Notes: generated from the letters alone by a model not told the origin. DNA of 48,786 bases from a virus (IMGVR_UViG_3300040971_000368:1-48786); one strand, 5' to 3'. Counted from the stretch's first letter, positions 36,834 through 46,192 are shown. A program made the numbers and translations.

Positions 36834-39381
36834 TGACTGCCTCTATGGTGCCGACTGTAGAAAATATATCCATATCAAACAACATCGGCGCTTTTACTTT
36901 TTCTTCAGCAGCCTTCAGGTATTGTGTTTGTGCTGTAAAGTAATCCGCATTCAGTTCACACAGCCAGGCCCGGCGTTTCTGCAGAATAGCGCAATACCCC
37001 ACCGTGCCCAATCCACCAAACGGGTCTCCAACCACTTCACCGGGGTTGGAATATAAGCGGATGGTTCTATCAACGATGTCAAAAGGCAGCGGACAAATGT
37101 GGTTCTCTTTGCGTTTTTGCGCCTGTGCCGCGTTCAGGCTGCGCATAAATACCACATCATCCCAAACCATATCCGCATCGTTCCTAGTCACCTTTGGCGG
37201 CAACAGCATAAAGAATTTTGGCAGCCGTCCGCGTTTATGCAATTCCTCGCAAATCTGCACATGCCGTTCATAGTCGTAAAATCCGCTTTTCTGTTCTTCA
37301 CGGAAGGCTAAAGCAAGCTGCTCAGGTAATGCATAGCGGTCAACCAATTCAGCCGGGGTTAATGGCCGGTTGCTGCTTGTCCGCCAAACCCCGTTTGCAT
37401 CCACCTGCCAGCGTCCCAAACCATACTCATCCTTGTTTTTGATAACCGGCTCATCAGCTCTGGCGTTTTCGTTGGATGAGGGTGGTTTTCGGAAGAGCAA
37501 TAAGTATTCCGGTAAACCCTGGGACATCTTTGATGCGTCTTTTAGCATCTCCCCATAACTTAGCCGGTAGGTCTGGTTATTTTCGCGTACAACATCTGTT
37601 GCGATCGTACGCCGGCCCTGGTATGTCCAGCCGTGCTTGCGGAAAGCCATCACACACTCGTCGGAAAATGGCGCGGTTTCCATAATCCCGCTGGCCGTCT
37701 GGTGCCCGTACAACTGCCGGTCTTTAACATGGATCGCCGCCACCCGTCCGGGTTTCAATGTCCTCAGCATTTCCGGAATGAGAAAATCCATCTGTTCCCA
37801 AAACGCTTCATCGCTCTTGTTATGCCCAAAGTCTTCGTAATTCGTCGTGTATTCGTAATGGTTCCCAAATGGGATCGAGGTATGCCATAAATCAATGCTA
37901 TTGTCAGGCAGTCGTTTTACTTCCTGCACACAGTCGTTATGAATTGCGGTAAATAAATCACCTTTTACTTCCATACGGTTTACTCCTATATGCCTGCTCA
38001 AGCCGACTTGTATTGCCTGGGTGGAGAGGCCATATTCCCAAATGATTTTTTGCATGTTAGCCACCAGCTCATCATGCTGTTTCCATTTGCGTTTCAATAC
38101 ATCCACCACGGCATCTTCACTTTCCGCGTAAATAAACCAAACGTCTACCTCGTGGTTTTGCATAAAACGGTACAAACGGTGTACTGCCTGAATGGTGTCC
38201 TGAAACTTATATTCAATACCCAAAAAGATTGCACTGTGGCAATACTTCTGAAAGTTGCATCCAGCGCCGGCTATCTCAGGTTTGGTTGCTAAAATCGGTA
38301 TCAATCCGCGGCTAAAATCCAATATCCCTTTTTCACGTTCTTCCAGCGTCTGGCTGCCAAAAACGGTTACGGCTTCCGGTACCGCCTTTTCAATCGCGGT
38401 GCGTTCGGCTTCCAGGTGGTGCCATAACAACCAATGCCGTCCGGGGTTCTCAGCCATAATGCGCTGCATCTCTGCTAAACGCACCGGTAGTGTCTCACGC
38501 TTTTCCGCGCTGGCTTCGCTCACACCGCTGGAAGCATCCAGAATAATCCGGCGCTGACCGCGATCGTCCATTTGTTCCCAGGCGCGGGTATGGTCAACCC
38601 CCAACCGCTGCCAATGAATGCGCATGGCAGGTAGGCTGTACCCTTCGTCAGAGTATCCCAAATCAGAAGGCTTGCTCACAAACAATGCCCATGAGGCAAC
38701 CCACATCCAAAAATCACGTTCTTGCGAAGGCATCAATTTCAGATTTCCGGCTTTGGCTGTGTCGCGTTTAAAGAACCTGGTCAGCGCCTGTCCGTGGTCC
38801 ATTACGCCTAGAAACTCAGCGTAATAAATCAGTTCCTTGAAATTGTTTGGGGAAGGCGTTGCCGTGCAAACATAGCGGTACGGTATTTTTGCAAATACCT
38901 TGCGGAATACGTCTGAAGTAATACTTCCTAAACTGCGCAATACGGATCCTTCATCCAGGGATACACCGCTCAGGTTGTGCCTGGTAGGGTCAATGTTGCC
39001 ATCCCGCACCCGTTCGTAATTAGTGATCAAGTATGGGCTAGTGGCAGCTTCAATCTCTTGGTCGTTGCGCACATATTCCCAAACCATTCCCATCGCCGGG
39101 CCGTCTTCATCAGCAAATTGGTGTTTGACGCCCAGCGGGCATACTACCAAAAACTTACCGCCCAACAACTTTACAATCTCAATCGCAATCTGGCATTGAA
39201 TGCGGCTTTTTCCCAAACCGAAACTCATTGCAATCAACGCCTTACCCAATCGCAGCGCCCAGGTAACCGCGTCCACCTGGTGCGGTTTTAAACTAACGTC
39301 ATACGCCGCCTCATTCGGTTCAAATCCGCTTTGTACAGCTAATGTAATTTTGGTATTCAAAAATTCTTCATAAGAATTCAT
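36826..39381 (-). CDS. SNF2-like helicase fused to an N6/N4 DNA methyltransferase
   Basis: FGLGKS, ITNYE, LDEGS, TATPSPN, QAVHR.YRF; MTase motif IV variant TSIPF and motif I DPFGGLGT. Confidence 0.88.
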   Translation of the reverse strand: MNSYEEFLNTKITLAVQSGFEPNEAAYDVSLKPHQVDAVTWALRLGKALIAMSFGLGKSRIQCQIAIEIVKLLGGKFLVVCPLGVKHQFADEDGPAMGMVWEYVRNDQEIEAATSPYLITNYERVRDGNIDPTRHNLSGVSLDEGSVLRSLGSITSDVFRKVFAKIPYRYVCTATPSPNNFKELIYYAEFLGVMDHGQALTRFFKRDTAKAGNLKLMPSQERDFWMWVASWALFVSKPSDLGYSDEGYSLPAMRIHWQRLGVDHTRAWEQMDDRGQRRIILDASSGVSEASAEKRETLPVRLAEMQRIMAENPGRHWLLWHHLEAERTAIEKAVPEAVTVFGSQTLEEREKGILDFSRGLIPILATKPEIAGAGCNFQKYCHSAIFLGIEYKFQDTIQAVHRLYRFMQNHEVDVWFIYAESEDAVVDVLKRKWKQHDELVANMQKIIWEYGLSTQAIQVGLSRHIGVNRMEVKGDLFTAIHNDCVQEVKRLPDNSIDLWHTSIPFGNHYEYTTNYEDFGHNKSDEAFWEQMDFLIPEMLRTLKPGRVAAIHVKDRQLYGHQTASGIMETAPFSDECVMAFRKHGWTYQGRRTIATDVVRENNQTYRLSYGEMLKDASKMSQGLPEYLLLFRKPPSSNENARADEPVIKNKDEYGLGRWQVDANGVWRTSSNRPLTPAELVDRYALPEQLALAFREEQKSGFYDYERHVQICEELHKRGRLPKFFMLLPPKVTRNDADMVWDDVVFMRSLNAAQAQKRKENHICPLPFDIVDRTIRLYSNPGEVVGDPFGGLGTVGYCAILQKRRAWLCELNADYFTAQTQYLKAAEEKVKAPMLFDMDIFSTVGTIEAVND

Positions 39382-40364
39382 TAGTATTTCATCTCCATTG
39401 TTTCTGCCAGATTTGATGTGGCGAGTTTTATAAACGGATCTTCTATGCTCTCTTTTGCCTCATTGGCGGCATGAATTGCGGCTGCACTGGTAAGCGCCTT
39501 TGTGGCACGTAAACCTTCTGCAGGGCGCATATCTTCGCCGGCGACATGAACGACAATGCCACCGATAAAGCGGGAAGCCAGGTAGCCCATTTCAGGAGGT
39601 AATTCTCTTGGAGAAAGGTTTGATGCCAGAACAGTCAGCAAACTGTCTTTTTCGTTGTAACGGGAATCCAGCAGCCTAAACATGGTTGAATAAGCCCAGT
39701 TGGTGGGGTTTATTTTGTCGATTTCATCAATGCAAAGCACGCGCGCTTTACGGTAGTTTTCGATAACATTTTCAGCGGATATTCCGTCTTTTGATCCGAA
39801 GCGCTCCTGAATTTCTGCCAACAAATCGGCCATTGTGGTGTAGCGAGAGAGTACTTTGATTGCTCGAAAACCATTGATAATACTTTTCAGCAGGTGTGAT
39901 TTACCCACCCCATAATTTCCGTAAAAACTTACAAAACCTGAAACATCTCTGTTCTGAGAAAACAGGTTTTCAACTACTCTTTTCGCCGGAAGTTTTTCTT
40001 CGTTAACTCCGGAAACCTTGAAATTACTGATCGTTTTGTACAGGTCGCTATCTGACAAACCACAGTTATGCATCAGATAAGTTTCCAGTTGGTTCTCTTG
40101 ACATACCGGGCAAGGAGAAGTTTCTAATTTTCCATGAAACCAACCTTTACCAAAGTTCATACCGGTAAGGTCCATCCATTTATCACCTTTTTTTGACGGC
40201 TGCTGATAAGGACCTGACTCAATGATGAAAACCATCATCATTTCATGACCACCACAATTTATGCAGACATGATCAAATTCACCAGGCAGCATTGGGATAG
40301 CTTTGGGATTGTTCTGAAAGGCCAACAGGTCAGAAGGCCAGATACGGGACCAGACGGTATTCAT
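39381..40364 (-). CDS. DnaC/IstB-like AAA+ helicase loader
   Basis: YGNYGVGKSHL, LCIDEIDK, LLDSRY, SN; Zn-binding N-terminus. Confidence 0.88.
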   Translation of the reverse strand: MNTVWSRIWPSDLLAFQNNPKAIPMLPGEFDHVCINCGGHEMMMVFIIESGPYQQPSKKGDKWMDLTGMNFGKGWFHGKLETSPCPVCQENQLETYLMHNCGLSDSDLYKTISNFKVSGVNEEKLPAKRVVENLFSQNRDVSGFVSFYGNYGVGKSHLLKSIINGFRAIKVLSRYTTMADLLAEIQERFGSKDGISAENVIENYRKARVLCIDEIDKINPTNWAYSTMFRLLDSRYNEKDSLLTVLASNLSPRELPPEMGYLASRFIGGIVVHVAGEDMRPAEGLRATKALTSAAAIHAANEAKESIEDPFIKLATSNLAETMEMKY

Positions 40365-41167
40365 TCTGTAGCCTCCAGCGATGCAAGCAGCTGTTCAGGT
40401 GTATATTTAGGTTCTTGTTTGGCAGGCGATGCCCTGGAGGTTTTTGGCCGAAAGTTTTGAACCGATTTTCTTTTAGACTGGAATCCTTCAATCTTCCAGC
40501 GTTTGAGAATAGCCTGGGCATACTTCCAGTTGCGCTTATTGTTTGCGGCGGCTTCGCGGAAAGCTGCATGAAACCACTCTATTGGATACTCAGTTTCAGC
40601 ATCTATAAGAGCCTCTGCAATCATTGGTGTGAGTATGCCGATCTCTTTTTCATAGATCGAAAATATTTCAGGGCGTTGTTTTTGGGTTGAAAAATCTTCT
40701 GTTTCGGTGGTTTCCCTAGTAGTAGTTGTATTTAATGGGTACGGGTACGGGGCAGACTTTTGCCACGATTTTGCTACAGTTTTGCTAGGATTTTGCTTGG
40801 ATTTTGCTACGTTTTTGCTAGCTTTTGCCACTCCACCGGCCTTTCCGGCCTCTTTTCTGGCTGTTTTTGTTGATTCTGCCTGTTCTTTGCTTGGGTTGTA
40901 GTCCAGGTAGTCATGCACTTGATACTTGTCATCTACGATTTCCCACAAGCAAGCGTCTAGCAAAAGGTTAGCAAACGTCTGGCAATTTGCTACATCTATG
41001 CCAGCCATTATTGACAGGGTTGGAAGCAACTCGGAAGGGAAAATTCCGTCCGTTAAATGCTTTGCGCACCAAGAGATTGAGGCTAACCACATATCACGCG
41101 CATCTCTGCCAACACGGATTATTTTCGGGTGATCCATCCAGTTATCATCAAGTTTTATCCAGGGCAT
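40361..41167 (-). CDS. Replication initiator with DnaD domain
   Basis: W.KLDD...HPK N-terminal wHTH, HDYLDYNP; YEKEIG.LTP...YAQAILKRW DnaD. Confidence 0.85.
   Translation of the reverse strand: MPWIKLDDNWMDHPKIIRVGRDARDMWLASISWCAKHLTDGIFPSELLPTLSIMAGIDVANCQTFANLLLDACLWEIVDDKYQVHDYLDYNPSKEQAESTKTARKEAGKAGGVAKASKNVAKSKQNPSKTVAKSWQKSAPYPYPLNTTTTRETTETEDFSTQKQRPEIFSIYEKEIGILTPMIAEALIDAETEYPIEWFHAAFREAAANNKRNWKYAQAILKRWKIEGFQSKRKSVQNFRPKTSRASPAKQEPKYTPEQLLASLEATE
40758..40831. repeat. Seven ~11-bp iterons (TTTTGCYW...), probable phage origin
   Basis: ttttgccacga ttttgctacag ttttgctagga ttttgcttgga ttttgctacgt ttttgctagc ttttgccac inside the initiator linker. Confidence 0.8.
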
Positions 41168-41175
41168 AGATACTC

Positions 41176-41295
41176 CTATACGGCTCCAACAGTAAGTAAA
41201 TAAATTACGAAAGAAATCACGATACCGATAACCAAGCCGGCAATAAATGCATCCACTACGTGGGAATCACTTTGCTCTGTTTGTGTTTGCGTCAT
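41176..41295 (-). CDS. 39-aa single-TM peptide (not in ORF track)
   Basis: MTQTQTEQSDSHVVDAFIAGLVIGIVISFVIYLLTVGAV; fills the gap with an ATGA overlap. Confidence 0.5.
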   Translation of the reverse strand: MTQTQTEQSDSHVVDAFIAGLVIGIVISFVIYLLTVGAV

Positions 41296-41729
41296 TTAAC
41301 ACTCGTCATTAGGTCTATAAACCAGGAAGGAATATCACCCCACCAGCGGGTAACCTCATTACCACTGGTAAACAGCCTGGAAACATAGGCTACCGGTCTG
41401 CTGATATCTTTTCCAGGAATTGCTGTGATTTCACGCCAAAGTTGATCTACACGCTTGGTGAGGATCCATAAGTGGACCTTGTCTTTATCGAAACAAATAT
41501 AGGTCCAGGTATCTAGGCTTGGATGGTACATTTCTGCTGAAGGACCGCGATTACAACGGCCATTGCCGTCAAACATAGCGTTTACTTCTGAGGCATAGGT
41601 ACCGTGGCGTAAAAGCGAGTGAATACCTAACTGGCCTAATAAGAACCAGCCTGTAAGAAGGATCAGAACGGCGAACAGCAGCAGATGGAATTTACTCTTG
41701 CGGGGTTGTGTCAGGGTCAGAGTTGTCAT
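41292..41729 (-). CDS. Membrane-anchored hypothetical protein
   Basis: N-terminal TM; RBS GGAAG. Confidence 0.55.
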   Translation of the reverse strand: MTTLTLTQPRKSKFHLLLFAVLILLTGWFLLGQLGIHSLLRHGTYASEVNAMFDGNGRCNRGPSAEMYHPSLDTWTYICFDKDKVHLWILTKRVDQLWREITAIPGKDISRPVAYVSRLFTSGNEVTRWWGDIPSWFIDLMTSVK

Positions 41730-41898
41730 CTTCTTTTTCCTGTTCTTCCTGGACTGCCAGGTCTTTCAGTTCGTCAATAGCCCAATCGATAGACTGGGAA
41801 GCGGCATGAATATCGTTTTGATCAACGCAAACTTTGGCATTGATCAGTGCTTGAATAATTGAATTGATAACGCTCATTGAAGTTTTCCTTACTGCCAC
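41692..41898 (-). CDS. Hypothetical protein
   Basis: Operon context. Confidence 0.45.
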   Translation of the reverse strand: MAVRKTSMSVINSIIQALINAKVCVDQNDIHAASQSIDWAIDELKDLAVQEEQEKEDDNSDPDTTPQE

Positions 41899-42302
41899 AG
41901 GTTGTTTTGCCTATGGCGTTTTTCTATTTGGGGTGTACGCGCCGGAATAACCGCGCTGCGTAACGAACGGATGCGCTTATTGGTTGCATCACGCCGGCTT
42001 TCCAGGTCTGAAATTACACGGTCACGCTCTTCCGCATCGCGGCATAACCAACGACCAGACTTGCCGGAATATGCACCGATAGGGAAGCGGTAATTTGTTA
42101 CCAGTTCTTCCAGGATCAGGCGTGTTTTGCGCTCTGTGTTGGTGTTGAATTCGCCAAATACGCGAATTGCAAGATCCCTCAGTGTGATGTTGTTTTTTTC
42201 ACCGACAAATTCTGTCATGATTTCGGCAACTTTCTTGACATCATCCTCTTTGATAGAGCTGATCAGCGATTTATAAAATTCGGAAGGGTCGAATTCGTGC
42301 AT
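41889..42302 (-). CDS. Winged-helix-like hypothetical protein
   Basis: I...DLA......ER..R..L.EL.....PI......G.W pattern; RBS GAGGTG. Confidence 0.55.
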   Translation of the reverse strand: MHEFDPSEFYKSLISSIKEDDVKKVAEIMTEFVGEKNNITLRDLAIRVFGEFNTNTERKTRLILEELVTNYRFPIGAYSGKSGRWLCRDAEERDRVISDLESRRDATNKRIRSLRSAVIPARTPQIEKRHRQNNLWQ

Positions 42303-42304
42303 AG

Positions 42305-42394
42305 TCACCTCTTTTGGATAAAACCGGCGATAAACGCTAAAACAAACATGCAGGCCAGCCAGACAAGGATTATGAGGATCCAGATGATTATCAT
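42305..42394 (-). CDS. 29-aa hydrophobic peptide (not in ORF track)
   Basis: MIIIWILIILVWLACMFVLAFIAGFIQKR, RBS AAAGGT. Confidence 0.4.
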   Translation of the reverse strand: MIIIWILIILVWLACMFVLAFIAGFIQKR

Positions 42395-42461
42395 TTTTAC
42401 CTTTCGCCCTTTGCCCGGGCCTTGCGACCCGGGCTTATCAAGGGAGGGGAATGGAAGATGG

Positions 42462-43100
42462 CTAGTGGTTGAAATAAACGCCGTTCATGCGTTGCCACAG
42501 GCTGATTGTCAGTTTGACATCCGAAACCTGATACTCTATGATTTTTTCAATGGGTAAGCTGCCCACCTGCGAACCGTCTACACCTGGACATTCAACAGGC
42601 AGTTGGTAAATTTTGGCTACTTGTTTGAGACCTTTGGCCGGTCCCCAGTTGTACAGAATACCCATGAGATCAGTTACCGGTTCTGTACGGTATTTGGCCA
42701 GGTTTGGAAGATAGGCAGGTTTGATGTTATGAGCCATTGATCTACGCATGATGTAAGGCAGATCAAAACCGATAATGTTGTAACCGATGCAGTAACCGGA
42801 ACATTCCTGAAAAGCATGCCAGAAAGCTTTGAGATTTTCCTTTTCATCGCCGTGCAGAACTACAACATCCGATAATGGATCGGTGGCATAACCGATGGTG
42901 ATGATTTCGCCATAATCCGGATCCAATGGGGCGCGATCGATTTGATCCTGTCTTTTTTCTTCAATGGCTTTAGCGATCTTTTCAGGGTCCTTCAGATTGC
43001 CGGGAGCTTCCGGTTCTGGTGCGTATTTGAGTGTGTCTGGATTGGCAATTGTCTCCAGGTCGAAGACTAAACGTTTACGGTGAAATTGATTGTTTGTCAT
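42462..43100 (-). CDS. 3'-5' exonuclease (DEDD / PolB-exo-like)
   Basis: FDLET, GYNIIGFDLPYI, DLM, Y..SDV. Confidence 0.85.
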   Translation of the reverse strand: MTNNQFHRKRLVFDLETIANPDTLKYAPEPEAPGNLKDPEKIAKAIEEKRQDQIDRAPLDPDYGEIITIGYATDPLSDVVVLHGDEKENLKAFWHAFQECSGYCIGYNIIGFDLPYIMRRSMAHNIKPAYLPNLAKYRTEPVTDLMGILYNWGPAKGLKQVAKIYQLPVECPGVDGSQVGSLPIEKIIEYQVSDVKLTISLWQRMNGVYFNH

Positions 43101-43158
43101 TATCTTTTTCCATTTTTTAAAGTTGGTTAAGCTGATTTGGGAAGTATGTCTAGCATGC

Positions 43159-44310
43159 TCAAATCTGTTGTTGCTGGTTGATTTTCCAGTTTTTCAAAAA
43201 CGTGGCAGCTGCTTTTCTTTCCTGAATTGGTCTGTTGGCTTTGCCTGTTTTTTTTACATGTTCTTCAATTTTTTCAAGAACAATAGTCAATTCATCGACG
43301 CTCATATCCGCGTATGATTTACCATCCGCATTGGCATAAGCAGCGGCGTTCTGGTACATTGGGTTTTGTTCAGGCTCAGGATCCGGTTCGGGTTCGGGTT
43401 CAAGATCACTGCTGTAAATATTGTCTATTTCTGAATATTCAGCGTCACTAATGCCCATTTCTTCATCGGTCAGTTCTTCCATGATTTCGCTTTCTTCAAT
43501 TTCAGGAAGCTCTTCTACTTTCCCGGTAAGCAGCTTTATATCTGCATTGGTTGGAAGTTTTGGAAGAGAACCTGCGGAAAGAACTGCTATTTGCTGTTGC
43601 ACCCACTCCGGACGTGCTTCAATTGATAAAAGCCACTTCTCGCGTCTGTTGCGTTTGTTTTTATCTTTTAGGTCCGGGGTGCTAATCATGCGCGGTCGAC
43701 GACGGAGGACAAGAGGGATACCTGCTAACCGACCGCGATTGATAGACTTTAATGCATCCAGTTGCTCAGATATATTTTTGATATCGTTTATGCTGGTGGT
43801 ATGCACAGTCATGTATGCAAGTCTGCCAAGTTCCGGAATAACTACCTTCAGCCGGCCAACAGGCTTTAGTACAATGTTCATTTTCTGGCCTCTGGTTTTT
43901 TCTCCCTGGCTGGTGTAGTGACCAACAATATTGAATGGTGGATTAGGAACCTTATTTCCCTGCTTGTCAGCTCCATGCTTAACAAGTTCTTCACCTGTTT
44001 CAGTGTCTATCCAGTAAAGCATGTGCTCACCATCGCTGCGAGCAACCATACGGCCAGCAGTATACGCCTCTAACCAGGCATCCCAGTTGCGCTCAATATC
44101 ATCGAATGGGAAGAAGATGTTGATTTCTTTAGGCTTGCCATTACTGTCTTTGTATGCATCTTTGAATGCTTCTTGTGAGTCTGTTTCAGAAATTTCTACC
44201 CGAAAGTAATCAAAGTCATGCATCTTCCCTTCTTTGTCTTTAATTCCTTTGCGGATAAAGCCGATTTCGGGGAAACTCATTCCGCGGTCTGTCAGTCCTT
44301 TAATACCCAT
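43159..44310 (-). CDS. Gp3-like (recombination directionality factor-like) recombination protein
   Basis: IKGLT....P.IG.IRKG...DYF, G.L.V.IP......T.S...I; acidic C-terminal region. Confidence 0.7.
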   Translation of the reverse strand: MGIKGLTDRGMSFPEIGFIRKGIKDKEGKMHDFDYFRVEISETDSQEAFKDAYKDSNGKPKEINIFFPFDDIERNWDAWLEAYTAGRMVARSDGEHMLYWIDTETGEELVKHGADKQGNKVPNPPFNIVGHYTSQGEKTRGQKMNIVLKPVGRLKVVIPELGRLAYMTVHTTSINDIKNISEQLDALKSINRGRLAGIPLVLRRRPRMISTPDLKDKNKRNRREKWLLSIEARPEWVQQQIAVLSAGSLPKLPTNADIKLLTGKVEELPEIEESEIMEELTDEEMGISDAEYSEIDNIYSSDLEPEPEPDPEPEQNPMYQNAAAYANADGKSYADMSVDELTIVLEKIEEHVKKTGKANRPIQERKAAATFLKNWKINQQQQI

Positions 44311-44313
44311 TTG

Positions 44314-44631
44314 TCACCTCTTTTGGAATCCGAGTTCTGCTAAAAGAATTTTCTCGGATTTGTTTTCTGAATTTTTGAATAATGCTGGAAGCGCCTGGCG
44401 TAAATTATCTTTTGCGTCCATTGCGTTGATCTTGTCCAACTCCCTTTGTTTGGCAACCCAGTTTTTATGATGAAAACCGGTACCATCACAGTTTTCATTC
44501 GTGCAAAAGACGTTATATGTGCCGTCCGGATTGCGCTTTGCGCCCAGTGTTTTCCAGCATTTTGAACATACGTAGTTGTTTTGCGTATCGTTTATTAGGT
44601 TTCTTGGAACTATTACAAAAACAGTTTTCAT
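44314..44631 (-). CDS. Zn-ribbon hypothetical protein
   Basis: CSKC...C....C. Confidence 0.55.
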   Translation of the reverse strand: MKTVFVIVPRNLINDTQNNYVCSKCWKTLGAKRNPDGTYNVFCTNENCDGTGFHHKNWVAKQRELDKINAMDAKDNLRQALPALFKNSENKSEKILLAELGFQKR

Positions 44632-44644
44632 AATTGATTCCCTG

Positions 44645-44720
44645 TGCTATAATCTGAGTGTGAGTTGTGGGTTGCACCAAATCTCACCCGGAGCGCCCTT
44701 GCAGGGGCGCTTTTATTTTT
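44645..44720 (+). ncRNA. Putative antisense-oriented sRNA with its own promoter and terminator
   Basis: TTTTCA, 17 bp, TATAAT (44648) with extended TG; GTGAG/CTCAC hairpin; GAGCGCCCT-TGCA-GGGGCGCTT-TTATTTT terminator. Confidence 0.55.
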
Positions 44721-45054
44721 TCTGGTTTGGCTTATCCGGGTTGTATTTATCCGGATCTGACCTGATGGTTTTGAGGGTGGTATTAACCTGTTTCATACGA
44801 GCGCGGACATAATCCAACGTGGCATCGGCCTGCCAGACCGTATCGTGGATAATGGCCATCGCATCTTCCAAACCATCGTTGGTGCGATACGGATTGCGGT
44901 TTGTCTGACTTTTTTCAATCCGATCTATTTTCTCTGTCAGTTTCTCGAGTGAGTTTTTCATTTGGGTAAACTCACCAACGACTTTTTGAACAGATGCACC
45001 GATGATGATTCCTGCGACCAATGCGGCAGCCGGGACGACAACTTCTAATGGCAT
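44713..45054 (-). CDS. TM + coiled-coil hypothetical protein
   Basis: RBS GGAGGT; N-terminal TM. Confidence 0.6.
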   Translation of the reverse strand: MPLEVVVPAAALVAGIIIGASVQKVVGEFTQMKNSLEKLTEKIDRIEKSQTNRNPYRTNDGLEDAMAIIHDTVWQADATLDYVRARMKQVNTTLKTIRSDPDKYNPDKPNQKK

Positions 45055-45161
45055 GCGTTACCTCCTGCTTGATAAAGTGCTATAGATAAAATGATGACGA
45101 GTACGATCAGAGCGATCGTTGAAGCGACAATTGCTGTTAGTGCGCGTTTTACAGTTTTCAT
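45045..45161 (-). CDS. 38-aa single-TM peptide (not in ORF track)
   Basis: MKTVKRALTAIVASTIALIVLVIILSIALYQAGGNACH, RBS AAAGGA. Confidence 0.5.
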   Translation of the reverse strand: MKTVKRALTAIVASTIALIVLVIILSIALYQAGGNACH

Positions 45162-45187
45162 GGTTCCTTTGTTAAAGTTCTGACAAT

Positions 45188-45565
45188 TTATTTGGAGTGT
45201 TGTACGCTATTGGTATGGAGCAAACCATATTTTTTGAGATACGCCTGGAGCGCAGCATCCGTCATTTTGTGACCGGTGGTTGTGTTTACCCAGTTTCCCT
45301 GTTCATCCGGTGTGTATATAATGGGCTGTTTTGTGCGGCTGTCTTTTCCGACCGTTACTGGCTCACCTGTGGCTATAGCGTTGGCACGTTCGGACCCGAC
45401 TTCCTGGGCGTAAGACTTGCCCGAGGATTTGCGGCCCGCGGCTTTCATTGTTTTTCCACGACCTACCGGGCCTGCCCCACGGCATTCCGGCCCCAAACCC
45501 ATAGCGATCGATACCGGGTCGGTGAGAGGTCTGCCACATTTTTTGCAATTGGTTGTAGGTTTCAT
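45188..45565 (-). CDS. DUF6011 domain protein
   Basis: C..CGRPLTDP.SI..G.GPEC. Confidence 0.8.
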   Translation of the reverse strand: MKPTTNCKKCGRPLTDPVSIAMGLGPECRGAGPVGRGKTMKAAGRKSSGKSYAQEVGSERANAIATGEPVTVGKDSRTKQPIIYTPDEQGNWVNTTTGHKMTDAALQAYLKKYGLLHTNSVQHSK

Positions 45566-45568
45566 GAT

Positions 45569-45781
45569 TTACCCGCAGCGAAGAACATCTTCCCATTCGG
45601 GAAGATCGACGAATACATTCAGCTCAAAGATTTGAGCATCTTCAACTATTTCGTTTCCGCAATCTATGCAGATAAGTTTGTCTTCGATGGTGTCGACGAT
45701 TTCGCCATTGCCGAAAAAGAATTGACCAGTGGTATGGGTAACTACATTCTGGTGTGGACATTCCCCGTTTGTGGGTTGCAT
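45569..45781 (-). CDS. Zn-ribbon hypothetical protein
   Basis: CPH...CIDCG; RBS TAGGAG. Confidence 0.5.
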   Translation of the reverse strand: MQPTNGECPHQNVVTHTTGQFFFGNGEIVDTIEDKLICIDCGNEIVEDAQIFELNVFVDLPEWEDVLRCG

Positions 45782-45790
45782 AGTTTTCTC

Positions 45791-45979
45791 CTAGTTTCCG
45801 GTTGCAGCCGGCTGAATAATGTGACATTCATTGATGGACAAAGCGAACCAGATTGTTCCATTGTTGTTTTCTGCCAGGTAATTGGTTTCATCAATGATGT
45901 CCAAAAGTTCTACGACTTCGCCGGACTTGGCAATAATTTCATTGCCGTCAGTAACGTCTTTAGTGACCTGTGCCTGCAT
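45791..45979 (-). CDS. Hypothetical protein
   Basis: Operon context, RBS AGGT. Confidence 0.45.
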   Translation of the reverse strand: MQAQVTKDVTDGNEIIAKSGEVVELLDIIDETNYLAENNNGTIWFALSINECHIIQPAATGN

Positions 45980-45988
45980 ACCAACCTG

Positions 45989-46192
45989 CTATTCTGCTGT
46001 TGCGTTGGCAACCTGGGCAACCTGCTCCACTGTGACCAGCGGATTTTGGCTGTTGAAAATGCGACTGTGCAAGCCCTGGACGGCGACTTCGATAACATCG
46101 TTATCGTTCCAGCGATTGACCTGACCGATTTGCTTGATCTGGTCGATAGCCTCCGGGGTGAGGGTGGTGGTGTACTTTACTTTTTGGGCCAT
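45989..46192 (-). CDS. Cro-position small regulator (ribbon-helix-helix-like)
   Basis: First gene of the early operon; beta-helix-helix pattern; RBS GAAAGGA. Confidence 0.6.
   Translation of the reverse strand: MAQKVKYTTTLTPEAIDQIKQIGQVNRWNDNDVIEVAVQGLHSRIFNSQNPLVTVEQVAQVANATAE

Noticed and set aside
40758-40831. CRISPR-like array
   Set aside because: 11-bp period with no spacers, inside a coding gene; fits iterons
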